This document shows positions 11,610 to 26,349 of a DNA stretch of 64,000 nt, in pieces. The notes beneath the pieces are model-generated. The model was not told the DNA's origin, did no database searches, and saw nothing but the letters and a program-made list of their open reading frames with translations. Made by a program: the position numbers and the translations under genes. Location of the stretch: the NCBI RefSeq assembly GCF_009914755.1, contig NC_060931.1. One strand, written 5' to 3'. Within the stretch, counting starts at the first letter, position 1. Each line of letters opens with the position of its first letter. This DNA is from the human T2T-CHM13v2.0 reference genome, Homo sapiens.

Positions 11610-12630
11610 ACTTTTTGAGATAACTGAAGTACTTTTCAGCTAATTTTCTCCAATAATATAATTTTGAATAACTAGTGTACAATAGCACCACCAGGAAACT
11701 GACATTGATACAAGCCCCACCAATCTTATTCAGATGTCATTAGATTTACATGCACCTGTGTGTGTGTGTTTAGTTCTTTGCAATGTTATAACTGATGTAG
11801 ACTTATGTGGCCACCACCACAGTCAACCTATAGAACAGTTTCCTCACAAGGGTCCCTCATGCCACCTTTTTATAGCCACAGCTACTTTCCCTCCTCATCC
11901 CTCTCTAATCCTGGCAACCACTAATCCATTTCCCACATCTATAATTTTATGATTTCAAGATTGTTTTGTGCATGAAGCCATACAATATGTAACCTTCTGA
12001 GATTGGCTTTCTTTCACTCAGCATAAATCCCTAGAGATCTATCGAAGTTTTTGTGTGTATCAATGGTCTACTCCTTTTTATTGCTGAGTAGTATTTCATC
12101 ATACAGATGAACAATAGTTTGCTAAACCTCATTCACATATTGAAGGATGTTTGGGTTGTTTCCAGCTTTTGGCCATTATGAATAAAACTTCTATGAACAC
12201 TTGGGTACAGATTTTTCTGAGAAAAAAAAATTTTGCTTCTTCGGGATAATGCACAAGAGTGCAATTATTGGGTCCTACAGTTAGCACATGTTTGGCTTGG
12301 TCAGAACCTGCCAAACTCTTTTGTAGAGTGACAGTACCATTTTACGTTTCTACCAGTAATGTATGAGTAATCCAGTTTTTCTGCATCCTCAACAGCATTT
12401 GATAATATCACTTTTCTATTTTAGTTATGCTGATGGGAGAGTAGTGATATCCTATTGTAGCTTTATTAGCATTTTCCTAATGGCCGATGATGTTGACATC
12501 TTTTCATGTGCTTATTTGCCAACTGAATATCCTCTTCAGCGAAATGTCTTTAAATATTTTGCTCATTTTTGAAATAGACTTTTTTTGTTAAATTTTGACA
12601 ACTTTATGTATTCTGGATACAAGTCCCATT
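11610..12630 (-). mobile_element. L1MC-type LINE 3' fragment
   Basis: L1 3'UTR/ORF2-end sequence; ORF 12129-12314(-) has CTQVFIEVLFIMAKSWKQPK. Confidence 0.75.
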
Positions 12631-14204
12631 TTAAAAATACTTTTATATTTATATATGGGTATACAGAAACAATATTCCATATTTTCTGTGTATGTTTAAA
12701 CAACCCAAATGAGATAATGCTAAACATATAGTTCTGTATCTTAAATTCCTTGCACATGACACTGTTCTTTTTGAGAGCTATCTGGTCACTTTTGCAGCTG
12801 TTGAATGTGGAGCACTCATGAGGTGATAATAAAAGCAATTCCATTTTTGCTCCTCACTGCCCCTTTTAAACTTTCTCAGTGAAATGGTTTTTTCTTGTCA
12901 AAGAGGCTTTAATGATTACTCTTAGGTAGCAGAAAGTCCCATAGCTGCAATCTTAATTCAGTCATTAAAATGTTCAGTCCCATGGAATAACTGATACTCT
13001 GAAATCGACTGGAGCATCTATCTTCCGCTAGAAGTGGAAGAATTGAGTCATGGTCCCTCCTTTCCCTGTCCCCATCTAGCATTCATCCCTAGCATCTAGG
13101 GTGGGGAGAGGGGGAAGAGGGGAGGAGAGGAAAAGGAGAATGAGAAAGTTCTTACTTGCCTGGCACTGTAATAAGATAGGTTTGTTTTTTCTGGGCTTGG
13201 CAAGTGTTTAAAATGACTCCCTGGATATTTCCATGGGATTCTTCAAAGGGCTTCATTGGGAACATCTGACTGCCTCTGTGACCTGGCACACACCTCTCTT
13301 AGGCTGACATTTCTACCTGCACCTCTGGCTTTCTGGGTTCCATGTCACACAGATTCTCTCTGTTGGGGTCCATGACTCATCCTCTTGGGCAGAGTTTAAC
13401 ATAGCTCCTGAGTAGCTTTCTCTCTTGTGTGGCCTGCAGGGAACACCCCTGTGCCTTTGGTCCCCAGCCCATGCTGGTGATGCAGGCCCATTTCCAAGAG
13501 CTGCATCACACTCCCACCTGCAGGGCAGCCACCCCTGCTTAGCTTTGTGCCCTCCTTTGTGCTGGACTCTGCTCCATCGCAAACCCCGACTCCAGGGCAT
13601 GTGGACCAAGTTCTGTGAGCTGAGACTCCTTGAAGCTCCTTTACTAGGCTTGAGTTAGGGGAAACCCCCCACTCAACTCTTTCCCCTTGAGAAGAGCAGG
13701 AAAATGTATTCCTCACCAACACTCTAATCTCCAACAAACTGACCCTCTTATACCCTCCTGGTAGGAAGCCATCTGGTTATCAGACATGACTTTGAAATTT
13801 CCACATGGTGCTCTCTCATGCCTACTTTTGGTATCTGATACCTATTTTATCTTGCACCCTCAGCTTAAACTTTCTTTAAACTGCATAATTTAAAAAATTA
13901 CATTATAAGAGTCCAGAAAGTGTTATTTATCTATTCCACTATAAAGGGACATACTCAGGACATTTCTTTTTTGTTTGTTTTCAAATTAACAATAGTGCTG
14001 CAAAGAACATTTGTGCACATCTCCTGAGAAACTTATGCTAGAGTTTCTCAGATGTACCAAGAAGTGAAATTCCTGAATTTTATGCATACTTTTAAGTATA
14101 CTCTTATAGGTCTATATGATTTATATACTTATTTTGCTGTTTTTATTGCCAAAATTTTCTCCATAGTGAGTGTACCAATTTAGCAATTTTATACTATCAG
14201 ATAT

Positions 14205-15723
<1,519 letters not shown>

Positions 15724-15820
15724 ATATATATGTATGTGTGTGTGTGTGTGTTTGTGCATGTGTGTGTGTGTGTATTCTGTATATTCTACCAAAAGTTTGA
15801 GTTCATATTTAGGTCTTTAA

Positions 15821-16168
<348 letters not shown>

Positions 16169-16293
16169 TAGGGATCACATTGTGATTTTGTTTAGAAGAC
16201 AATTATTCAAGCACCATTTATTGTATAGTCCACCCTTTCCCCACTGATTGGTGACACCATCCCGGTCTTATATTCTGAGACCACACTTCATCT

Positions 16294-16520
16294 AGAGCAA
16301 CACTGTCCAATAGAAATATAATGCAAGCTGCAAATGTGAGCCATATATGTAATTTCATAGTTTCTAGTAGACACATTAATACATAAAAACAAATCATTGA
16401 AATTTATTTTAATGCAATATTCCATTTAACCCAAATATCTAAAATATTATTATTGCAACATGTAATTAAGCTAACAAGATATTTTACATTCTTTTTGTAC
16501 TGTATTCAAAAATCTGATGT
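16294..16520. mobile_element. MER33/MER3-like hAT-Charlie MITE
   Basis: ctgtccaatagaaatataatgcaagc...tatgtaatttcatagtttctagtagacacatt. Confidence 0.6.
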
Positions 16521-18040
16521 GTTTGTGAGGGACATTTTCATATTTTCTGACGGTGCAGAATCTTTGAGTGCACTAGCTGTACGTGGGGAATGTCTTCCTT
16601 ATAAGACCAGCAACCTCAAAATAGAAGCTAGAAAACTTGTTCTCCAGGCCCCTTTGAGTTTATGGAATGGGCCTGGGCTCCAGTGATGGGATGTACCCTT
16701 TTAAGGCCTGAAGAGGGAAGAGGGAGGGGCAGGGTCCATTTGGCTTGCAAGGATGGTGTTGTTGTTTTCCAGTTTTGAGGGCTTGAGTTTCTGGTAGAGA
16801 AGTGGTATGAGTTGTGGTGTCTGGAATGTAGACTGTGTCATCTGGTGCAAGGTGGCAACTGCATTTTTGTTTCTTCAGTGGGCCAGTTCTGCAGGGTGGT
16901 TTGGGGCATTTTTTCTGAAAGGTTAGACTGGAGACTCATTTTCCACAACTCTACCTTGTGAGAGAGATGCTTTTAATAAACTTTTACTGCTCAATCTAGG
17001 TTCTGTTGCTGGTCCCTAAGGGCCCTGATGAACACAGTGAGTGAAATCTTGAAGTGCCAGCTGCTCCACACTAAAGAGTTCTCAGAAATGAATCTCCAGG
17101 AGGGGTGAATTAAAGCCATGCTTTTCAATCTATCTGTGGTGAAAACCCAGCTTTATTTTTATTTCCTTAAAATCTGTCATGAATCAACACTGGTCCATCA
17201 GACTTGCAGACTTTGAGACCCACCACACCACCAGAACTGGCCAATGGAAGATTGTTATAGACTTTCTCAGCATTTACTCTCAATTTCTGAATTTCTCCCA
17301 TCACAGACCTGTAACAAAGAGTTCATGGACTGGCCTCAGGTCATGGACCACAATGAGTAGCACTGAGCTGAAAGACATGCTAACCATGAATTCCTCTGGC
17401 ATCCAGGGATGACTTTACCACTCTGTTAAGTTAGTTATGCAAGCCCTTTGTAGAACTGCCTTTTCCAAACTAGTGGAAGAATCATGCACCAGCAGTTAGA
17501 AGCTGCATTCAGCTGCTAGTAACCAACTGGAAATGAGAGTGACTACTGTGCTAAGGGGTACAGGCTCACTCACTACAGCATACCTTGCATTTCTAACACA
17601 AAGACAAGAAGTTCCTGGGGGAACTTGTAGGCAGACAAGCAGCAAAAGTGTATGGTTCCCTGCGTTCTCCTTATCATGTAGAGATGTAGACTTGGGCCAG
17701 GCAGAGCTGGGTGCACCATGGGATGTGGAACAATAGAAGGACTTTCCTCCTACACTACTCTGTATCATTAGAGGGAAGCTGAGAAAGCTGTGGGAACACT
17801 TAGTTGACTCTGTAACAATGAAAGTTTCCTGGTCAACTCTCAACAATGAGAATTTCTACCAAGGAAATTGCCTTGGTAGAAAAACCTTTTTCATGACTAA
17901 CTCAGACCTACTGAGGTAGGTGCTTGGTAGGCTGTCAATGGAGAAAGTGGATGAACTTTCAGAATCGTGTGGATTTGTCTGTCCTTGGAGGTTTCAACAA
18001 GATAGCAATTTATATATTTTTCATAAAGGATGTATGGAGG

Positions 18041-20424
18041 TGTATTAGTCTGTTCTTACACTGCTATAAAGACTTACCCTGAGACCGGGTAATTTATGAA
18101 GAAAAGAGGTTTAATTGACTCACAGTTCCACAAGTTGTATAGAAATTATGGCTGAGAAGGCCTCAGGAAACTTACAATCATGGCAGAAGGTGAAGGGGAA
18201 GCAGGCACATCTTCACATGGCCAGAGCAGGAGGAAGAGAGTGAAGAAGGAAGTGCTACATGCTTGTAAACAACCAGATCTCATGAGAAGGTATTCACTTT
18301 CATGAGAATAGCAAGGCGGAAGACCACACGCATGATCCAATCACCTCCCACCAGGCCCCTCTTCCAACATTAAGGCTTACAATTTGACATGAGATTTGGG
18401 TGGGGACACAGAATCAAACACATCATTCCACCCCTGGCCCCTCCCAAATTTCATCCTTCTCACATTTCAAAACACAGGCATGCCTTTCCAATAGTCCCCC
18501 AAAGTCTTAACTCATTTCAGCATTAACTCAAAAGTTCAAGTTCAAAGTCTCACCCGAGACAAGGCAAGTTCCTTCCACTGATGAGACTGTAAAATTAAAA
18601 AAAAAAAAAGTTATTTCCAAGATACAATGGGAGTACAGGCATCGGGTAAATGCTCCTGTTCCAAAAGGGATAAACTGGCCAAAATAAAGGGACTACAGGC
18701 CCCATGCAAGACCAAAATCCAGCAGGGCAGTCATTAAATCTTAAAGCTCCAGAATTATCTTTTTGACTCCATGTCTCACATCCAGTTTACATTGATGCAA
18801 GGAGTGGGCCAAGGCAGCTCTGCCCCTGTGACTCTGTAGGGTACAGACCCCATGGCTGCTTTCATGGATGGGTATTGAGTGCCTGAGGCTTTTCCAGGCA
18901 TATGGTGCAAGCTGTTGATGGGTCTACAATTCCAGGGACTGGAAGGGTGGTAGCCCTCTTCTCACAGCTTCACTAGGCAGTGCCCCAGTGGGGACTCTAT
19001 GTGGGGGCTCCAACCTCACATTTACCCTTAGCACTGCCCTAGTAGAAGTTCTCTATGAAGGCTCCACCCTTGCAGCAGACTTCTGCCTGGACATCCAGGT
19101 GTTTCCATACAACCTCTGAAATCCAGGTGGAGGCTTCCAAGCCTCAACTCTTGCCCTCTGCACACCCGCAGGCTTAACACCATGTGAAAGCCACCAAGAC
19201 TTCTTATGGCTTGCACCCTCTGGAGCAGCAACCTGAGATGTATCTGAGGCCCTTTTAGTTACAGCTGGAGCTGGAGCAGCTGGGAAGCAAGTGCCATGTC
19301 CTGAGACTGCACAGAGCAGCAGGGCCCTGGGCCTGGTCCATGATACCATTTTTCCCTCCTAGGCTTCTGGGCCTATGATGGGAAGGACTGCCATGAAGTT
19401 CTCTGGATTGCCTTGGAGGCATTTTCCTCATTGTCTTGATTATTAACACTTGGCTCTTCTTTACTTATTCAAATTTCTGCAGCTGGCTTCAATCCCGCCA
19501 CAGATAATGAGTTTTTCTTTTCTACCACATGATCAGGCTGCAAATTTTCCAAACTTTTATGCTTTGCTTCCCTTTTGAATATAAGTTCCAATTTCAGACC
19601 ATCTCTTTGTGAACATATATGATATGCTGTTAGAACCAGCCAGGTCACATCTTGATGCTTTCCTGCTTAGAAATTTCTTCTGCCAGGTACCCTAAATCAT
19701 CTCTCTCAAGTTCAAAGTTCCACAGATCCCTAGAGCAGAGGCACAATGCCACAGTCTCTTTGCTAAAGAAAAGCAAGAGCGACCTTTACTCCAGTTCTCA
19801 ATAAGTTCCTCATCTCCATCTGAGATCACCTAAGCCTGGACTTCACTGTTCATATCACTATCAGCATTTTGGTCACAACCATTCAACAAGTCTCTAGGAA
19901 GCTCCAAACTTTCCCTCATCTTCCTGTCTTCTTCTGAGCCCTCCAAACTGTTCCAGCCTCTGCCCATTACACAGTTCTGAAGTCGCCTCCACATTTTCAG
20001 GTATCTTTACAGCAATGCCCCACTTCTCTGGTACCAATTTGCTGTATTAGTCTGTTTTCACACTGCTATAAAGACATACCTGAGACTGGGTAATTTATGA
20101 AGAAAAGAGGTTTAGTTGGCTCACAGTTCCACAGACTGTACAGGAAACGTGGCTGGGGAGGCTTCAGAAAACTTACAATCATGGCAGAAGTTGAAGGGGA
20201 AGCAGGAACATCTTCACACTGCCGGAAGAGGAGGAAGAGAGAGGGAGGAAGTGCTACACACTTTTAAACAACCAGATCTCATGAGATCTCTCTCACTGTC
20301 ATGAGAACAACAGGGGGAAGTCTGCCCCCATGATCCAGTCACTTCCCAGTAGGCCCCTTCTCCAACATTGGGGATTACAATTTGACATGAGATTTGGGTG
20401 GTGGCATAGATCCAAACCATATCA
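18041..20424 (-). mobile_element. Complete MST (MSTA-like) MaLR provirus: LTR 18041-18425, internal region, LTR 20043-20424
   Basis: Two homologous LTRs (tgtattagtctg...atca) around MST-int sequence; perfect 5-bp TSD GGAGG at 18036-18040 and 20425-20429. Confidence 0.92.
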
Positions 20425-21495
20425 GGAGGTGAGCAGACCAGAGCTGGCATGGTAACTCGAGGGTGTCTTTAGAGACACAGGCTCCTTTTATCTCTCTGGT
20501 CAGCCTTCCTTAAAATGTGGATCCCATCCTCAAAGTTGACTCATGGTCTAAGTTGATAGCTTGTGCCCCAGCCATCACATCTATGTTATAAGTAGGAAGC
20601 AGAAGTAAAGGCAAAAGAAGCACATGACATGTTTGTCCTTCTCTTAAAATTTCCCAGAAGTCTTAACTGTTCCTTATCCCTCATGTGTATGCCACCCCTG
20701 GCCAAAGACGGCCTAGGAGTGTGGTCTTTTAGCTGAGAACATAACTGCTCAGTATGAAATCTGAGTTTCTATTACTACAGAAGAGAAAAGAATGAATATT
20801 GGGTACTTAACTAGTAGCCTCCTTTGAGACACACACACATACACACACACGTGTGGCACTGTTTCTACAATTTTTAAAAAGTGGATAAAATACAGCAAAT
20901 ATTCAGGGTCGCTGTGTTGCATCATTCCAGGGTGCTGTGTAATTGGTAAAGTTATAAAATGTGCAACCTGTGTGTCTGCACATGGTTGCCCTGGCAACCA
21001 CCATCATCTCTCCAGTGTTTCATGTATTAAGACCTATCATATTAATGTCTGCTGCTCTTTGAGCTAATAACATATTTTTAACGATTGGTGAATTGGTCTG
21101 TTTTCCCTCTGCATGATTACTAGGAGCTATGAGATGTTTTGAATTCCACAGTAAGAGCTTCTCCTAACCTAGGATCTTTGGAATAATTATTTGCTACCTC
21201 TCCTAGACATTTGGCTCTGGCATTTTAATACTCGTTTTACCAGTTAGAGTTTTATTGTGTCTTTTATTGTAAGTTGCCTTGGATTCTTTTTTTAAAGCAA
21301 GCTTGGTGTAAACAAATAAAATCTTGGTGGTAATAATTAGGTACAAGGGAAACAGAAAAAATCTAGGGCAGCTTTCCTCTACCCCTCCAGGAAATGATTA
21401 TGGCTGAGGAGGTAAAAATGAAATATGTGAAAAATGTCACAAGAGAAACACTTCAGTCTTTGCCATTGGTTGGAAAATTTGGTTCCTTGAGGCTG

Positions 21496-21908
21496 GCCTA
21501 CCAGATAACAAGGAGCTATACTATAATTGCCCAGTGTAAAATGGTAGTGACAAAGGGGGCACCTGGATTTGAACCAGGGACCTCTTGATCTGCAGTCAAA
21601 TGCTCTACCCCTGAACTATACCCCCCAAGGTACTCATCTTCTTTCAATAAAGATATATTAATAATCACAGTCATTCACAAGCTACGCTCTGGCCACTCTG
21701 TCTCCAGAGTGTGGAGTTATGTAATGCACAACAGAGCAGCTCTTCTGTACAACCCCCTCCACACCTGCCGGCACCTGGCCAATTAAGCTGCAGCCTTAGC
21801 TTTTTGGGAAAAGGAGAGTGGTGGGGTTAAATCCAGATATAGACATAGCTTGAGGGCCTGGGTTCGGGCCCTGGGCCTGATTGTTCTGGAGTGCAAGGAG
21901 CCCCTACT
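21496..21908 (+). repeat. tRNA-containing duplicated unit, probable donor (partner 23245-23677)
   Basis: gcctaccagataacaagg...gagcccctact repeated 1.75 kb downstream with few substitutions. Confidence 0.95.
21554..21625 (-). tRNA. TRC-GCA18-1: tRNA-Cys (GCA), D-stem C11U variant
   Basis: GGGGGTATAGTTCAGGGGTAGAGCATTTGACTGCAGATCAAGAGGTCCCTGGTTCAAATCCAGGTGCCCCCT; T4 terminator at 21538-21541. Symbol recalled, not verified. Confidence 0.94.
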
Positions 21909-22363
21909 TGATAGTAATTGATGTTCCAATATTGAGCCATCAGTGCATTTCTGTTTTAAGTCTTTCTTGGTTATGTGGGATTGTACTATTGGATAAGGTT
22001 TTCTACTATTTTGTCTAGATTACTCTGAAATGAGATTGGCCTATAGCTTTCTTTGTGGTATATGCTCTTGTAATTTATTTTTTATATCAGGATTATGTGA
22101 ATTTTCTAGAATGATTTGGAGAGATTTAAAGCGTTCTACGCTGGAACATTATATATAACATAAAATTACATATTCTTAACTAAAGATTAGCAGAAACTTG
22201 CTTGTAAGCCTCTGGGTGGGGTGCCTTTTGTGAGGAAGAGCTCCTTAATGATCTTTTAATGAATTCTGTCATTATTGGTCTATTTAAGTGCTCTGCTTCA
22301 TCTTAGGTCACTTTTAGTAATTCATTTTCACTTAGAAAATATAATAAAGTTGTACATAGTATT

Positions 22364-22695
22364 TGCTTTTCTTTCCTTCCTTTCTTCCTCCCTTCCCTTC
22401 CCTTCCTTCTTTTCTTTTCTTAGATGGAGTTTTGTTCTTGTTGCCTAGGCTGGAGTGCAATCTTGGCTCACTGCAACCTCCACTTTCTGGGTTCAAGCAA
22501 TTTTCCTTCCTCAGCCCCCTGAGTAGCTGGGATTACAGGCACCCACTACCATGCCCAGCTAATTTTTGTATTTTTGGTAGAGATAGTGTTTTGCCATGTT
22601 GGTCAGGCTGGTCTCGAACTCCTGACCTCAGGTGATCCACCTGCCTTGGTCTCCCAAACTGCAGAGATTACAGGTGTGAGCCACTGTGCTCGGCC
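22364..22695 (-). mobile_element. Alu (AluS) with CT-rich tail
   Basis: Reverse Alu preceded by (CTTC)n/(CTTT)n. Confidence 0.92.
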
Positions 22696-23140
22696 CATAG
22701 TATTCTCTTATAATCTGAAATTTTATTTAGCTATGTTCTATTTTTTTTTCATTATGTTGTTCATTTGTCTTTTTTGGCTTAGACAACATGAAGATTCGTT
22801 TATTTTTTGAGGTAAAAATTCAGATCCAACTTCAGTTACCAACAGTTGATCAGTTGATCTCAGTAGTTGTTGCCTCTTGTATTTTGAAGCTCTGTTAATA
22901 GATGCATACACACTTAAGACTGTTATGTCCTATTGATGAACTGATCTTTTTATCATTATGAAATATTCCTCTTCAATTCAGTAATTTTCCTTGTTCTGGT
23001 CTATTTAGTCTGTTATAAAATACACTTTTCATCTTTCTTTTGGTTAGTATTTGTTTGGCATATACTTTTTCCACTCTCTTAAATTATTCATCTTATTATA
23101 TTTAAAGTGGCATTCTTATAGATAGCTTATAGATTTCTTT

Positions 23141-23770
23141 GTTCAAGTGATCCTCCCGTGTCAGCCTCCCAAGTAGCTAGGACTACAGGTGTGAGTCACC
23201 ATGCCCAGCTAATTTTTTTAAAAATTATTTTTCGTAGAGACAGAGCCTACCAGATAACAAGGAGCTATTCTATAATTGCCCAGTGTAAAAGGATAGTGAC
23301 AAAGGGGGGGCACCTGGATTTGAACCAGGGACCTCTTGATCTGCAGTCAAATGCTCTACCCCTGAGCTATACCCCCAAGGTACTCATCTTCTTTCAATAA
23401 AGATGTATTAATAATCACAGTCATTCACAAGCTACGCTCTGGCCACCCTGTCTCCTGTAGCTCTCCAGGAGCTACAGGTGTGGAGTTATGTAATGCACAA
23501 CAGAGCAGCTCTTCTGTACAACCCCCTCCACACCTGCCAGCATCCGGCCAATTAAGCTGCAGCCTTAGCTTTTTGGGAAAAGGAGAATGGTGGGATTAAA
23601 TCCAGATGTAGACATAGCTTGAGGGCCTGGGTTTGGACCCTGGGCCTGATTGTTCTGGAGTGCAAAGAGCCCCTACTAGCCTCAAACTCCTGGCCTCAGG
23701 TGTTCCTGCGGCCTCAGCCTCCCAAAGTGCTGAGCCAAACTCCCAAAGTGCTAAGCCAGTGTGCCCAGCC
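23141..23770 (-). mobile_element. AluJ-like element split in two (23141-23244, 23678-23770) by the tRNA duplication unit
   Basis: ...gtagagacaga | insert | tagcctcaaactcctggcctcagg...cccagcc are consecutive Alu segments. Confidence 0.85.
23305..23376 (-). tRNA. TRC-GCA10-1: tRNA-Cys (GCA), C73 discriminator variant
   Basis: GGGGGTATAGCTCAGGGGTAGAGCATTTGACTGCAGATCAAGAGGTCCCTGGTTCAAATCCAGGTGCCCCCC; T4 terminator at 23287-23290. Symbol recalled, not verified. Confidence 0.95.
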
Positions 23771-24139
23771 ACATTTGGTTTTATTTGTTCCAAATACTAG
23801 ATTTTGTTCTTGTTTTCCTGACTTCATTGGGATTTCATTTTTTTAATGATCTCCTTTTGTCTCCACCATGAGCTTATTAGCTATTCCTCTTTGTTTTATA
23901 TTTTTTAGGGTTCCTCTAGAGATCACAGTATCATCTTTAACTTATCACATTTTACCTTCAGATAATGTTTTGCTACTTCTCTGATAGTGTAAGAATCTTA
24001 CAACAGATTTCCATTCCCCTCATTTTGTCCTTTGTGTTATTATTGTCATAGATTTTACTTCTATGTATATTATAAACCCAGTATATTTATATTATTTTTG
24101 CATTACTTATCTCTTTTTTTGTTGTTTTTAATTTTTTAA

Positions 24140-24268
<129 letters not shown>

Positions 24269-24820
24269 TAATTATCCTTTAAAGAGATTTTAAAATGAGG
24301 CAAAATTATATTAATCTACATATGTACCATTTCTGACACTTTTTATTACTTTGAGCAAATCCAGATTTTCATCTGGTATCATTTTTCTCTTTCCCTGAAG
24401 AAGCCTACTCTACTTCCTATAAAGTAGGTCTATGGGTAACGAATTCTTTCAGCTTTTGTTGGTCTGAAAAAATGTTTACCGTCATTGATGAAAGATATTT
24501 TCACTGGGTGTAGAACTCATTGAATATAGAATTAGTAGTATTTTTAAAAAGATATTCCTTTTCCCCCTTTCTAGACTGCATGATTTTTGATAAGAAGTCT
24601 GCTTTCATTCCTCTATGTTGGCTGTCTTTAATATTTTTTCTTTATCATTAGCTTTCAGCAACTTTATCATGATGTGCTTTGGTTTGGTTTTCTTTATGAT
24701 ACTTATGCTTGGCGTTTGTTGAGATGATCTGTGGATTTCCAATTTTCATCAAATTTGAAAACTTTTGGACCACTTATTAAAATTTTTTTCTGTATTTCTC
24801 TCTGTTCTTTTCTTCAGAGA

Positions 24821-24821
<1 letters not shown>

Positions 24822-24855
<34 letters not shown>

Positions 24856-24866
24856 ACACCACACCA
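24822..24866. repeat. (CA)n microsatellite
   Basis: Direct reading. Confidence 0.95.
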
Positions 24867-24886
24867 CGCTTTTTTTAAAAAAAAAA

Positions 24887-25163
24887 CAGGTCTTGCTCTG
24901 TCACCCATGCTGGAATGCAGTGGCATGATCATAGCTCACTGTAACCTCAAACTCGTGGGCTCAAGCGATCCTCTCATCTCAGCCTCCTGAGTAGCTGGGA
25001 CTATAGGCACACACCACCACACCCGGCTAATTAAAAAAAATTTTTGTAGACACAGGGTTTTGCTTATTACATAGGCTTGTCTTGAACTCCTGGCTTCAAG
25101 CAATCCTCCCACCTTGGCCTCCCAAAGTGTTGGGATTACAGGCGTGAGCCACCATGCCTGGCC
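24887..25163 (-). mobile_element. AluJ
   Basis: gatcatagctcactgtaacctcaaactc...gggctcaagcgatcctc (J diagnostics). Confidence 0.9.
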
Positions 25164-25781
25164 AAATATATATGTATTAAACTGCTTGATATTGTCTCAC
25201 AGCTCACTAAATCTATGCTTATTGTTTTCTGTCTTCTTCCTCTGTGTACTTCATTTTGGTAGCTTATATTGCTATGTCTTTAAGTTTAATAATCTTTCCT
25301 TCTAAAACATCTAACCCAGTTACTTTTCATTTCAGATATTGTATTTTTATCTATAGAATTATATTTGGGCCTTTTTAATATTTTTTATTTCTTTCCTCAT
25401 TATGTCCTTGTCTTCCTTTGCATATTTCAGCACATTTATAAGATTTATAATAGCTGTTTTAAAGTGATTTTCTGCTAACTTCATCATCTCTTTCCTTTCT
25501 GCATCTGTTTTTCCTCTGATTATGGCTCATATCTTCCTTTGTCTTTGCATTTTTGTTAGTACGTTGGACATTGTGAATTTTATGTTGTGAATGTAAAATT
25601 GGATGCTATGTTTGGTTATATTCCTTTAAAGAGTGCTGAATACTAGATTTAGTTGTATTCCTTTAAAGAGTATTGAATTTTGTTTTGGGATGCAATTAAG
25701 TAACTTGGCTGTCAACCTACTCCATTTGAAGCTTGCTTTTACATTTTGTTAGAGTGAGTCCAGAGTAGCCTTTATTCTGTA

Positions 25782-26137
25782 CATTAGTCCTCCTTTATCT
25801 AATAGTTTCATTTTTCAAGGTATCAGTTACCTGTGGTCAACCTTGGTCTGAAAATAGGTGATATAGTACAATAAAATATTTTGAGAGACAGTGAGAGAAA
25901 GGGAGACCACATTCATATAACTTTTATTAAAGTATACAGTTATTATTATTCTATTTTATTATTGATTATTGTTGTTAATCTCTTACTGTGCCACACTTAT
26001 AAATTAAATTATTATTTTTATTATAGGCACGTATGTATAAGAAAAAACAGTATAATTAGGATTTGGTATTATCTGTGGTTTCAGGCATCCACTGGGGATT
26101 TTGGGATATATCCCCTGCAGCCAAGAGAAACTGCAGT
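25782..26137. mobile_element. MER44-like (Tigger7-derived) MITE
   Basis: cattagtcctcctttatc...tcagttacctgtggtcaacc...tttcaggcatccactgggg. Confidence 0.65.
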
Positions 26138-26349
26138 ATAATTTACCTTCACTCCTATGGCAAGAACCTTCTGATAACTTTGCTCAGTGCCTTAGGTATT
26201 ATGAGATCTCTCCACTGTCTTTGATTTGGAACATGAATTCTTTCTGGTCCTGTGTGAACTCTAGGAGTTGTTTGCCTTGCTGTCTACTGGTGTATTTTTG
26301 GCGTTTTTGTTTTTTTTTTTTCATTTTGGACTTAAGGATTTTCCTGTTG

